A stretch of 60,089 nt of DNA, filler included, from Sluysia triapertura (Eukaryota), in the NCBI GenBank assembly GCA_046118255.1. It is 4 parts of 4 records of this genome, joined end to end, with 100 filler letters (N's around TTAATTAATTAA, not from the genome) between each part and the next. Parts side by side here need not be neighbours in the genome. Positions count along the whole stretch, not along the records: positions 38,142 to 60,089 come from JBJNIA010239549.1; 3 more parts are not named here. One strand, 5' to 3'. Under the pieces are notes generated by a model. The model was not told where the DNA came from. It saw nothing but the letters and a program-made list of their open reading frames with translations, and searched no databases. Positions 41,546 through 54,339 of this stretch are shown in pieces. How positions within the stretch are numbered: the stretch's first letter is position 1; the number at the start of each line of letters is the position of its first letter. Both the position numbers and the translations under genes were made by a program.

Positions 41546-42059
41546 TACGTAGAATTAAGAATACATATAAACATATACATCCAGTCTTATTTTTCTTATT
41601 ATTCAGTGAGTAAGTCCTGTATCACAGAGAACTTACGATAAGAATAAGACATCTAATTTAAATCAAATATCTATCTTTAATCACACTAATCTCCACAGTA
41701 TGATTCCATTTATAAAAATATCCATAATTTTTATATTTCTGTATTTGTAAAATAGACAAAAGTTCGAATTTTCTTTAATCTGATGAAATATATTAATGTT
41801 TTGAACACTTAGATAATATGAAACATATCGACGTATATATAAATTCCTATGAGTTGCAGCAATCACAAGTGGTAAAAGTATATATCAAATTAATGCTCAC
41901 TAAGATACTATTTAACATTTTCTATTGAAAAATAGTGACATTTGGTCACCGGCTTTTTTCAGAAAAATAAAAATGTTAAAACTTCATTTAAAATGAGTGA
42001 AATATTAAATTTATTTAAAATTATTAAAAATGAAGTGTATATATATTTTGAAATATAAA

Positions 42060-42900
42060 CTTTAATACAAGCACGACATATTTTGACAACACCGCGACAT
42101 ACTTTCCGGCAAGTTTCCTCTGAAATTTGGTTCCATTCGTGCTGAATTCTTTTTTTAGTTGATCAATTGTCCTAGGCTACTTAGCATAAACTGCGTTTAT
42201 TAGAACTCCCCACAGATTTGGTGGGCCATTCGATTGTCCTCAGCGTTCAATCCAACGTCTAGGAAATGTTTCATCTTTTGTGTAGTTCGTAGCTCCATCT
42301 TGTTGAAAATGAAGATCACCGAAACGGAGAAACTCATTAACAATAGGAAACACTTTAGTCTGCAGCATAATAAGAAAAAGTATACCATTAACAGTTCCTT
42401 CAAAGAAGAATGCGTAAATTAGGCCAGTGCTACCGATTCCAGCCCAGATTGTGACTCCAGGAACATTGACTTACGTTTCAATAATACGACCGAGATTCTT
42501 ATTGTATCTGTTAACATGCCCATTCAGTTTGAAGGAAGTTTCATCACTCCATAAAATTCAATCTGGAAGGTCTGGTGATTCTTCACAAAATTATAATAGT
42601 TTATCCGGATCATCTTCATTTAGGGCATGAAGAAGATGAGGTCTGTATGGTTTTAGACCAATGTCATGCAAAATATGGTGGAGTAAGGTTCGAGAAATGC
42701 TTAGCTCTTTCGATTCTTGGCGGATAGATTTTTTAGTAGAATGAACAAATGCAGCTGCGCCACTATATCCCTGTTTTCAGGTGAAGGAACTGTTTCGGCC
42801 GACCTTCTTTAGGAGCATCTGACACTTCCAATTTCGATACAAGATGGAACATTGTCAACTTACTTTCACCTTTCTCCAACATGCTTATAGCTAGTCCTTA
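42060..42900 (-). mobile_element. Tc1/mariner-superfamily transposase relic
   Basis: KKSIRQESKELSISRTLLHHILHDIGLKPYRPHLLHALNEDD, ILWSDETSFKLNGHVNR, VTIWAG, FFFEGTVNG, FQQDGA, FPRRWI, LWG, PRTIDQLKKRI. Contains stops and frameshifts; the third catalytic residue is deleted; TIRs not identified. Confidence 0.88.
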
Positions 42901-44399
42901 CTCAGCAATTCTTAAAAACGAAGATACGTTCGTGTAAATCTAAAGTCATTAGCTTCATTTTTAAGAATGAGGGTCCAGAAGCTCACGCTGAACAAAAATC
43001 AAGTAGTGACATCAGAGCTAAAACAAAAGTCATTCTAAAGACTACTATTGGCAGAAGAAAATGAATAGTAGCGAAGATAACATAAAATGACAAAAGAAGA
43101 AATTACATTTGTCGTTTTTGAAATCTAATTTTTACTTAAGCACACAAAAATGATATTAATAGAAACTAAGTAGACATTAAGTAATAAGTAATAATTCGAA
43201 TAAATAAATTAAAACATTAATTGAAACTAATATATTTCGAAATTTTAATATTCATTTTGTCCGTAGCTTAATGCTATTATCAATGGTATGTGATTCGTAG
43301 TGTACTGTGGCTTTGCTTAAATACAACAAACTTACGATTAATCACTATGTGAAATAAATTAACTGAATAATAATAAGCGAAAAATATAATAACAATGTAA
43401 TAAGAATAAAATTAAAATATTAATTATTATTAGGCTCAGAATCCTAGAGCTTTAATAATATATCAAAATAAATAACTTTTAGCGTCATGGGTATAAAAAT
43501 GTCACGCATTTGTAAGTACAAATGAACAATATAAATAGCGCAATGATTTTCAACGTTTTTCTAAAAAGTAGTTCGAATAAAAAACTAGACACCATATAGA
43601 CAAATATTTATACAATATATAAATATTAATATTAGTATAGAGTTAATATAAATTCAAAATTTAGTAACAAATAATAATCAGTTTTAAATTGAAATTGTAT
43701 AAATAATCATTTTAAAATGAGATTTAATAACGACATGAAATTGAAATTTATAAACATCAAACCTTAAAATCAATAAAATCATTTTAAAATAAGACTTAAT
43801 AAGAATAATATAAAATCAAATTTTGGGAGCATAAAATCCTATCAGAATTTTCTGAAAAACATGATTTAGAATATTATTATATATAATATAAAATCATTAA
43901 ATTAAGATTTAATAGAATCGGTATGGGATTAAAATTTAATAACATTATATTCAATGAAAATTATCTTAAAGATTAAATAGAATAGATAAAAGTTGTGTAA
44001 TCAAAATTTAAAATCATTTTGAGGGAAAATAATTATTCTAAATTTTGATTTAATATTAATTACAAAATTATATATTGTGAAATAATTACGTACAGTGCAA
44101 TAAAGTATTAGAAAATTACTAACTAATAATAATCAAAAATTAATAGTTTAGACCAAAAAAATTAATCACTATGTGAAATAAATTATTAACTAAATAATAA
44201 TAATTAATAAACTATATATTGTGTGAAATAAATTATTTAATTAACAATATCGAACAATATAAAGAATGGAGTAATACGTAAACACGAACGAATAAACCGC
44301 AGAAACTTTGAGATATTTGACTGATTTACCTTTTTTATATATTTATTTGGAATAAATCGTTATAACTTATCAGAGAGTACTTGGGTAAAGATTAAATTG

Positions 44400-44900
44400 A
44401 TTCATCCAAGCTAATTGGAGAAATTCAACTGAATGTTTTGTGATATACTATTCACACTTTCAAATAAAAGTTTCTTTCTATGGTAGAGTAGAATTATTTT
44501 AACTTAAAGTTTAATAAAGTAGAATAAAGTATCTTAAAGCATAATTATACGAAATTGATGGAGACCTAGTCGGACAATAATAAGCGTTTAATTGAATAAT
44601 TAATCGATTATTTAGCACTTCTAACACGCATAACCGGGATGAGTATTTGAATTCATACTTTCAGATAAAGTAAAATTAATATACTGATCTAGGTTATAGG
44701 TATTATTAAAGAAGTTTACATCAACAATAATTTAGCTTTTCGAATCTTGATTTACACTGCCCAAATAAGATTTTATAGATTCAAAACACATTAATATTTT
44801 TTAACTATAAATCACAGAAGTTTTGACGAAACTACTATTAGGGATTAATATACAACACATAAATCTAAAATTTTGGAAATTAATTATTCAAACTTTTGCC
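44400..44900 (+). mobile_element. Gypsy-like protease/RT relic
   Basis: KLIGEIQLNV..SFY, LGIIKEV-like, FSNLDL...QI.ID and FKLLP remnants in pol order; very decayed. Confidence 0.4.
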
Positions 44901-46232
44901 TTAACTCGAAGAAATTTGACGTGAAAAGCTTGGGTACCAATCTACAATAAATAACTTTTGGAAGTAGCAAATAACTTTCAATTCACTTATACAATAAATA
45001 CAGGAGGACAGTGTATACATATTCATCAAACGAAATTGCTATAAAAATATTAATATGGTGGGCAATTTCTGGCTTAAAATTTAAACAATCATTTCAATCA
45101 CATTTTCACATTCATTAACATTTTACATTATTACCTTTTCATAATTCACTAAAACCTTTTCTATATTTTACACTTTCTTAATCCATTAAAACTAATTTCA
45201 TTTCAAAACATTTTAAATTCAGGATCTATTACCATCCAAATCATATTGATATTTAAATCATCAATGTATATTTAAACATCCATTTGAAACATTTGTTCAT
45301 TATCATCTAACATTAAAAATACAATTATATCTTAAACTATTAAATACACATCATTAAACCAATCCAAAATATTCCAATTTTACAATCTTCAATACTCATT
45401 CTTTAACATCTCAAAAAACATCAAATTCACACTTCAAATCATTGTAAACATTTCAATAATATAGAACCAAAAAAACAATTTTATCTCAAGACATATAAAG
45501 TTAAAAGATTTTATTTCAAATATGTTAAGAAGGAATAAAATAAAATTAAAGAAATATCTTGTGGTAAAAGCAAAATATTTATGCATTTTAACTATCATTA
45601 TATTGTCAACCATTTTATTATCATTATTATTTATATCACTAAAAATTTCAATTTAATTTCTGTCAAGTACGACAGATCATTTTTCACAACAATTCATTTA
45701 CCTGTCACCATTTTTAAGTACTTATACATTGAATTTAATAACCACATGGTGACAGGCGCACAGTCAAGATGGTAACGACTATCTCAGGCAGTTATTCGTA
45801 CTACTCCACTTGATTGGACTTCTAATCATTGCTATTTATTCATGTTAACATTGCTGTTATAATTAGACGCCCAATCACATGATATTACACATAACAAAAT
45901 TTATCAAATTAAAAAAGTAGTAACTGAATGATAAAAATAAGGGCATGCACTAATACCGACACATTAAAAAGATACACAAAAATAAAATATTAGTATCTTT
46001 TAATTTTGCAAGCGTTCAATTTAAATCAATAGTAGTACTAGTTTGTCAAAATTCGGATTCTTTAATTTATATATTAAAAAAAGAAAATTAAAAGATGAAT
46101 GAAACGCTACAAACGATATACAACAGTGATATTATACATTCTAGCATCTCCGAAAATCAAAGATGAGTGTGAAATTTCAGTGAATACCTCATCATTACTC
46201 CATCTAAAGTATCTAAGCCAATATATGATATT

Positions 46233-46766
46233 ATGGAACCTCTAATTATAAACCAACATCAAACGTCTATCCTTAAAATATGTCAAAACCCAAAAACTGT
46301 TGATCATGAATCAGCGAAGTGTTTAGCAAAACGTTTGTATGATTGTGATGGTTTCAGAATATCAGACATGGCAATTCATTTATCCAAAAGAAATGATTTT
46401 AATCGGGTTGTTGCAGTTGAATTTTCAAATTTTTTCGATTTTTCAAATTTACGACTTGACAAAGCACTATGTCAGTTTCTGAGCAAATTAACACTAGTTG
46501 GCAAAACGCAAGAACGAGAATGTATTATGAATCACTTTTCAAAACGTTATAAGATTTGTAATCCATCTGTATATAATGGCGAAGACGCTTGTCACCCTTT
46601 AAATACAAATATACACAGTCAAATTTATCCAAAATTATCATGCAAGGATTTTATAAAAGGTTTGAAAGTACTTAATGATGATGAAAATTTTAGATCCGAA
46701 AACCTTCAGGAATTATTTGATTCGATCGAATAAGAACCTATTAAGTCACCTGTTGATGATGAATAT
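46233..46766 (+). pseudogene. PSD: Sec7 domain of the EFA6/PSD Arf6-GEF family, degenerate
   Basis: SAKCLAKRLYDCDGFRISDMAIHLSKRNDFNRVVAVEF..FFDFSNLRLDKALCQFL..LTLVGKTQEREC..HFSKRY..CNP matches the EFA6 Sec7 domain. The TLTCALML segment is deleted, there is a premature TAA at 46731, and no PH domain follows. Confidence 0.9.
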
Positions 46767-47160
46767 GTAAATATTATTAATACCAATAAATCGCATGTTT
46801 TTCAATCGAATAATTTATTTATCTCTTAGCAATCTTAGTACCAGAGTCACAGATCCTCAAAGATCAAATTAAATTCAAGCCGCGAACCTCGAGTCGTAAA
46901 ACATCATTCGTTAACCATAACTTGAGAATCAATCATGTTGATTCAAGATATTTAACTACACATCAATGTGAACAATATAATTTAGATTTATCCATTTCTC
47001 ATTTAGATTCAAATGTCTTTATATTCAGTAATAATTCTACAAGGGCCCGAAGTTCCTCTAAATGCGTATCTAAAAGAATAATTAATATTGAGAATTATGA
47101 TTCCATGGAACCAAATGAAAGGTAATTGATGAGCAAACAAATGATGTTAATTCAAGTGAA

Positions 47161-47574
47161 ATGATAGAACTTTTTGGTATAATAGATGAGATTTCACGGA
47201 AATTAAATGAAGTTGAACTTTTAGCAACTAACTATCAAACTAGAAACATGACATCTAACAAATGGGGTCGTACTGAAGATATTAATTGCACAGCAAGAGT
47301 AACAGAGACAATGGACAATCTTTGGTTAGACTATTATGAAGCCCGAACAATGGAAAAGACTTTATCTGATGTAAATATTAGTGAACAAAATAATAAAGTA
47401 ATTTACTCTTCATATATCCAGAATTTAACTAATTGCGATATTTTTTATTTCAGGGTCATGACAACCAGTGATTTTGCCATTCTATATACAAAATGGGCTA
47501 CGACTTTTATCAAATGTATTTATAACTTAAATCTTAGCATTTTAGTAAATAAATATTTTCCCATGTGTTTTTAA
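47161..47574 (+). pseudogene. Degenerate shared 3' module of the cassette family
   Basis: EDINC..TETMDNLW resembles copy F DNNC...TELTDNFSW; same AAA|GTAATT...TTTCAG intron. Confidence 0.45.
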
Positions 47575-48824
47575 TTCTCTTGAAGTTTTCAAAATTACGA
47601 ATATGTTATAAAATAAAATTGGCATTATCAAAAAAAGATCAACATGATATTTGATATAAACATAAATTTAAATAATAATAATCATATGGTCAACTTTAAT
47701 AATCAATACTTACAATTAATTTACAAAGTTATAGTTTATTTTATACCCTTTAAATTACAACGTCATTTTTCAAATCACTTTTTAAATATAGGTTTAAAAT
47801 CTAAGGCATTAAAAAATTTATATAAGAATCTTATTTTCACTTTCTCATTTTAAAAGAGTTAAAATCTTATAAAATCTAACTATATTTTTGAAATCTCATT
47901 TTAAATAAAGGAATAAAATATATTTAAAGTATTATAATTGCATTAAGACAGTTATAAAGGTGTTGGAATTATATTTGTTGAACGAGTAAAAATTAAACGA
48001 TTTCTTGTAAGATCGTTATGTTGCAAAATTCTGTGGACAAACTATTCTGTAAGTCTTGGATTACAGGTAAACTCATTAAATTAATTTCTATTTGTAATTT
48101 CTGTTTAAAAATGTATAGATATTTTAGTGGATTTTAAACCGTGATTAAAACGGTGAATCATACATTTAACAAACTAATTTATAACAGATAATGAAAGTTT
48201 GCCCTAAAAACTGTTTAGTTCTGTCGAATCTAAAAGAACTATCTTTTATGATGTAATTATTGCGCATAAAATGTTGTTATTCGTTTTCTATATTAAACTA
48301 CTATTGTTACTTAAAAACGATGCGTGCAACATTTTTACTGAGCAAAAATGTTATATCTATTCATAAGTGTTGAAGATTATTGTGCATTATTTAATTTTAT
48401 GGTGAAAAATAATTCGCATTTAACACGCAATTATATTATTTTGATATTCGTAGTCCTGTGCATTTTGGTATACCAATTTTATCTAGGTTTTATTGGTTTT
48501 TTTAATTATTTTGTTAATAATATTATCTTTATGTTATCATTTAATAATTATGTTAATTTAAGGCTTACAATCATAAACACATTTCATCACAAACCAACAC
48601 AAACAAAGTACTAAACAGCTTATTGCTGTTTTTATACTAAACTTTTGCAAAATAGTCTTATCTGGAGGAGTTCACCTAACAGAGACGACTTATATCTGGA
48701 CGAAGGCGGTCTATTAGGATTTTAAAGTTCTTAGAATACTAGGTGAGTTCAATAGTCGAAGCGTTGCACTACGCTTAATAAAGATTAATTCTACTAGTTT
48801 AAAAACTTATAAATTCAATAAATT

Positions 48825-48945
48825 AAACTAGCCAGATTATGGTCTAGTTTCTAAATTAATTAAGCTAGCCGGTTATGGTCTAGCGTACAGGTTAAAATAT
48901 TTTAATGAAATTAAACGTTAAGCTAGCCTTATTAAGGTCTAGCAA
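48825..48945 (+). repeat. Three spaced CTAGCC-N6-7-GGTCTAG mini-hairpins (partial fourth copy near 49135)
   Basis: ctagccagattatggtctag, ctagccggttatggtctag, ctagccttattaaggtctag. Confidence 0.7.
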
Positions 48946-49379
48946 ATTAATCAATATTTTAGTTTAAATTTATATAACAAAGGATTAACACGAAAAGTTA
49001 TTACGTAAACGATCGATAATATATAAACTTTAGTGCCACAAAGAATAATATAATAATATTTTTAATTTATGGAGTTACTTAAGAAAAGGAGTTTTCTTAG
49101 TAACTATATGAAATTTAAAGAATTAAATTAAACAAGCCTTATTAAGGTCTCTTTATATAAATTGATGATTTTACGTCTTTTTTATTCTTCCTTATATGGT
49201 AAGAATACAAATCTTAAAGTCAAAACAAATTACTTGTAATCATGGAATTGCGAAATGGCCAAATAAAATATCGTTCCAATTTTGATTAAACTTCCTCAAA
49301 ATGTTTGTGTGTAATTCCATTATGAAACAACTATTTATATCCAAATTTCTTCAGCCATATTGCAATATTTGTTTATTTT

Positions 49380-50393
49380 TTACTTTAAATAAACAAATGA
49401 AATAATATTTACTTTTTTACTTTCATCAAATAATATTTTTATTGTGGTTTTAACCTTATAATTCGGATATTTAGAGTTATCGTTATTCCTGCATTTACAA
49501 CCAGCTTTGTTTGCACAATATTTGAAACTACTAAAAAATTGGTGCTTAAGGCACCGGAAAATCTCATTATAAACAATAAAATACCAATGAAGATAACATG
49601 ACAAATTTATATTAAAAGCACACAAAAAAGGGTTAACGCTTGCTGACACATTAAAAATTGTATAAAACTTACATTGTCTATCAACGGTGAGGATATAAGA
49701 TGTGGTTCCCAAACTTCTATTCTCTCCAGCGTTTTGACTAACAAAAGTCACCTCACTAGATTCAAACACGATAAGAACACGCACGTAAATGAGGATCCTA
49801 TATAAAACGCAAAATAAAAATCAAAACATAAAAATTTGAACAAGATCTCGAATTATTAGTTTTTAAATGTGCCAACTTATTCGTAGTACTGAGCGAACGA
49901 TATCCCTGTCCCAGTCGGTTATCCATGGCTAGGTTATCTACGTAACTAAAATGAATAGGCTCATAGATTTGCTTAAGCTTTAAATTTAAATAATATGAGC
50001 ATCCTTTTGGACCAGGGGCATCGTCGTCCAGTACTAAGTGTTGGACTACCTTTAACTTGAAAAAGGAATCAAAAATATCATAAAAATATAGTGATTTGAA
50101 TTTAGCATGAGAAAAATCGAATACTTCATCATTCTGCACGCTTTTTGCAATCTCTGATCCATCATAAATAGATTTCCATGTTTCGTGTTTAAAATTTGAA
50201 TTTGAATTATCTTCGATCACTCCAATATGGTTGGCTACAGTTAGAGTAGATTCCCAAACATGGTTTATATGTTCCTTGGTTGAGACTGCACCGATCTTTA
50301 AAATTCCTTTGGCTATCCTATGCGCATCGGCTTTGTCTTCGCTAATCAGGGCTGCACCTATTATTGATAATTTGCCCATGTCAAATAACTTAC
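49380..50393 (-). pseudogene. Unidentified intron-containing coding sequence (193-aa and 134-aa ORFs)
   Basis: Locally raised GC, long open frames, a candidate 36-nt GT-AG intron at 50393-50358, and further splice-like sites near 49798 and 49672. No confident product. Confidence 0.45.
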
Positions 50394-51947
50394 TGTCTTT
50401 TGAAATTTGAAATCATTTTGTATTTTATAAATTATAAATTATTTTGTAAATTTTAAATATAATATTTATAAAATCAAATGCACAAAATGTATAATAAATA
50501 AAAAAGCGTAAATTGTTCTTACATTACTCTATACATACAAAACATAAATATAATCGTAATAATTATTATAATTATCATAATTGTAGAAGCAATAGTAGTA
50601 ATTATTGTTATTGTAATATATAGTTGTCATGATATGTTAATTGTTATTTTTATTAGTATGCTATTATTATTGTATCTGTGTACCAATGCAATTAATCAAT
50701 AAATGTATCATAACTATTTAACTATCTCATTTTTTGTATGCATTATTTGACATTATTTTCATTTATTCCCTATAATGATCACTCTAAGAATTGTTTCGGT
50801 AATATTAACGCATTGTCTGATTCGGTATTGTTCTACAAATATGAAGTTCCAACAAACAAGTTTACTGATAAAATATTATTTAATAAAAATATAATATTTA
50901 GCAATAATATTTAATTGAGTATTATTATATATTTGGTAACATATTAAATGTTATTAATATTATATTACTTAAAATAAAAATGTAATTAAATGTAATTGAA
51001 ACTGTAATAAGTGAAATTTTTTAAAATAGTTTAAAATATAATAAAAAATCAATTATAATAAACAAGCCTTGTAAATACCAAGACTCTATTGGAAAACTTC
51101 AAATTTAAATACAGTTAATTGATGTTTTTTTTAAAGATTATTACTATTATCGCTATCATCGTTGCTACAATATTTGTTTTTAGGTTTAAAAAATGTAAAT
51201 TCAATTATATTGTTCCAATTTTTCCTCGGACGCCAATTTGTAGAGAACTTGATGTATTTTATAATTCTAATATCAGACTACCTCTATTTATAGTAAAAAA
51301 TTTTATTTATAGTTAATTTTTTAAATAATATTTGGCTATTATTATGTGAATAAATTTTCGTATAGTTATTTATTCGTTAATATTATTAATTCAGTTAATG
51401 CATTCAGTTTACTTAATTATTTTTCAGTATTATTAGTATATACTAGTTCATTCAATATAAATAATACAAAATTCATAACATACTTCATTATATGATATTC
51501 ATAACATATCATTCATTCACAGTTTCTTCACAAATTAATTAATTATTTACTTTAAATACAATTTATATCTTATTTTATTATATAACTTTACAAAATTAGT
51601 AATATTTTAATTTTATACTACAATTATTTGAGTTGTAAATATTACCGATAATAATCCGTTTAAATCGAATCGGTTTATGATTAATCTCGCTACCAAAGTT
51701 CTCATTAGACTCTGATAAAAAGTTGGAAGTGCTAATTTTAATAGTTGAAATAAGTTACTCATACCTATATTTCGGAAATAAAACACTCAACACTAAAAGG
51801 TATATTCGATATCAGTAAAAGTGTTTACAACCAAACGTAATGACTGCAATAATTTGAATAATTTGACTTACACTTAGATAATAATAGGTTCGCCTGTTGC
51901 GAGCGGTTGACACTCTTATAGGTATTTTAAAGTGACTTAACTTATCA

Positions 51948-52532
51948 TATGGTGGGCCAATCGACATATTATTAATTTTTTAGCTTGCAACCTCACCAAA
52001 ATTACTGTTTACATAAATATATGTAGATAAATGTACTTAACCTTATTAAACATAAAACACAGTACATTAACAATTCTGCACTCAAACACCTCGTACATCT
52101 TACTGAAATACTTTTCAAATTTGATTCTGATTTGTAACCATATTTACAACAATTAAATGTATTCTATTCAGCAAGAACATTCAAAGAACAAATAAAAGTA
52201 AAGAACAGGCTATCCATATTGCAAACCAAACTATATAAAAGTCACCTCATAAAGTTACACAGCAATTAAAAGAATTAAAAAGTAAATGGAATATAAAGAA
52301 TTAAAATTACTTTAGATTTTAGAATTGAACGAAGCAAAGAAAGTGAAGAAATAAGATCTTAGTTCAAATTTATTTAGATTTTTTATTTAAAACTTTATGT
52401 AGGATTTTGTGACAATTTATAAAGGAACGGAGATCGGAATAGTGTGAAGAGGCAATTTAAAGTAGAACTAAATATTAAATAGGTTTTTCTTTATGTTAGT
52501 TTGTGCATATTTTTATGCATTTATGTTATTTT
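51948..52532 (+). mobile_element. Cassette family copy E (arm only, runs into gap)
   Basis: TATGGTGGGCCAAT start, C/A-rich arm, purine-rich block with an AATAAGATCTTAG variant near 52350. Confidence 0.45.
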
Positions 52533-54339
52533 NNNNNNNNNNNNNNNNNNNNNNNNNNNNNNNNNNNNNNNNNNNNNNNNNNNNNNNNNNNNNNNNNNNN
52601 NNNNNNNNNNNNNNNNNNNNNNNNNNNNNNNNNNNNNNNNNNNNNNNNNNNNNNNNNNNNNNNNNNNNNNNNNNNNNNNNNNNNNNNNNNNNNNNNNNNN
52701 NNNNNNNNNNNNNNNNNNNNNNNNNNNNNNNNNNNNNNNNNNNNNNNNNNNNNNNNNNNNNNNNNNNNNNNNNNNNNNNNNNNNNNNNNNNNNNNNNNNN
52801 NNNNNNNNNNNNNNNNAATGGCATCCAGGCCTTATGAATAAACTAATAATTTGAGTAAAATCAAAAATTAAAAAATTAAAAAAACATTTAAAAAGATAAA
52901 AATTAGAGATGCCAAAATATCAACCATTATAATGCGATGAATTTTATCATAAAATTTCCATTATAGAAATTTGAGCTTAAAAGATAAATACTTTGAAATG
53001 TTATGTTTATGCTCTAACTTTTATAAAATTAAGCAATTAGAAAATCTAAATATTATGAATTTTCAAAAAGATTATTTTGATTATATTGTATCATTTGCAG
53101 TACCGTTTAATACTAAATTGTCGAGTATCATTTATCGTCATTTCTTTCTGAAATCACATTTAATTCAAAGAGAATTTGTTAGAAGTCACTATAAAAATGC
53201 AATTGTGACAATGAAATGGATCATAACCAGCTATTTCATATGCCATTTAATCCCAACGTTTTCTGTTCATGAAAACTATCACAACTATCTGTGAGAACAA
53301 AATCCAAGAATTATTATTAATCCTTTAAACATTCTAGTCTATGAAAATAAATGCAAAGAAAAAACAGTAAAATTTTTATTTCAAGTATATGATAAGAGTA
53401 AATATTTATATATTTTTTTATATATGTTAAATTTTTATAATAGTCTTTAGATTATTTTTACAGGGTAGCTAATATCCTTATTCCCATAAGTGTTAATGAA
53501 TATTTGCAATGCGTTTTTGATAATTGCATAATTTTATTTACTGTAGACTTTAAATCTCTTTATGAAATTGTTTATGAAAATAACATAAACTTCATAGTAC
53601 ATTCTAAGACTAATATTTTTGAAGCTAATGATATCACAAAAGTTAAGTCTATAAAAATAATAATACAAATTTATAAACTCTCAAAAAACTACAATTATTA
53701 TTGTATTGTACACAAAATAGTAAAGGGTTTAAAAGATATTTGTACTTATTATTTTATTTAGTATCTTTATCTTTAAGATATCTTTACGTTAAAGTTTCAT
53801 CAGATTTGGTTCTACAATTAGTAATACATATAAATTCAAATCTCTTTGCCTTTCGTATTTCATATTATAAATTCATTAGCTCCGCTAACATTCTAAATAT
53901 CGACTTTCTCTATTTCTAGTATTTGTCGATCAGTTTCATCAAATTCATTAATTTTAATCTCAAATGCGTAAATGATTTCTTATTAATGATCCAATAATTG
54001 AATACAATCAACATAACCTTTTACTATATATTACACGCGAGTTTTACATGATTCTTACGTAAACACATTCACGAATTTCATTCCACGACATTCCCTTCCG
54101 ATTTATAAATTGTGGTGATATGAAATAGTTTATAATATTTAAAAAATTTAATTTTATTATATTACCAAGAGAATATAATTTTACATATTGCGGTAACGAG
54201 AATTCTTTAGCATTTTTATTTAAATTCAATAGAAATCTAGTAACTTTAGACAACGAAAATATTAACAAAATTTTTATTATGATTAACTAAACAATAAACA
54301 TTTAATTTTAAAGTTCTTATTTTGATTATGTCATCCCGA

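Larger units (their letters stand above)
45054..47580 (+). mobile_element. Cassette family copy D with EFA6/PSD Sec7 cargo
   Basis: Start TATGGTGGGCAAT; arm motifs shared with A and F (45309-45340; ttcaaaacattttaaattca ~45202); inverted repeats at 45701-45756 and 45811-45877; shared intron at 47398-47453. A further start-like motif TATGGTCAAC lies at 47685. Confidence 0.75.

Noticed and set aside
48825-49150. CRISPR-like array of spaced palindromes
   Set aside because: Eukaryotic context, degenerate repeats, irregular spacing, no cas genes.
49700-50300. Cys-loop ligand-gated ion channel resemblance (LKIG, ..W.., SLGTT)
   Set aside because: No Cys-loop or convincing transmembrane helices; the similarity is only a few scattered residues.
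52493-52854. ORFs of more than 100 aa in several frames
   Set aside because: They consist of N-gap translation (X runs). The ORF at 38086-38352 also runs into a gap.
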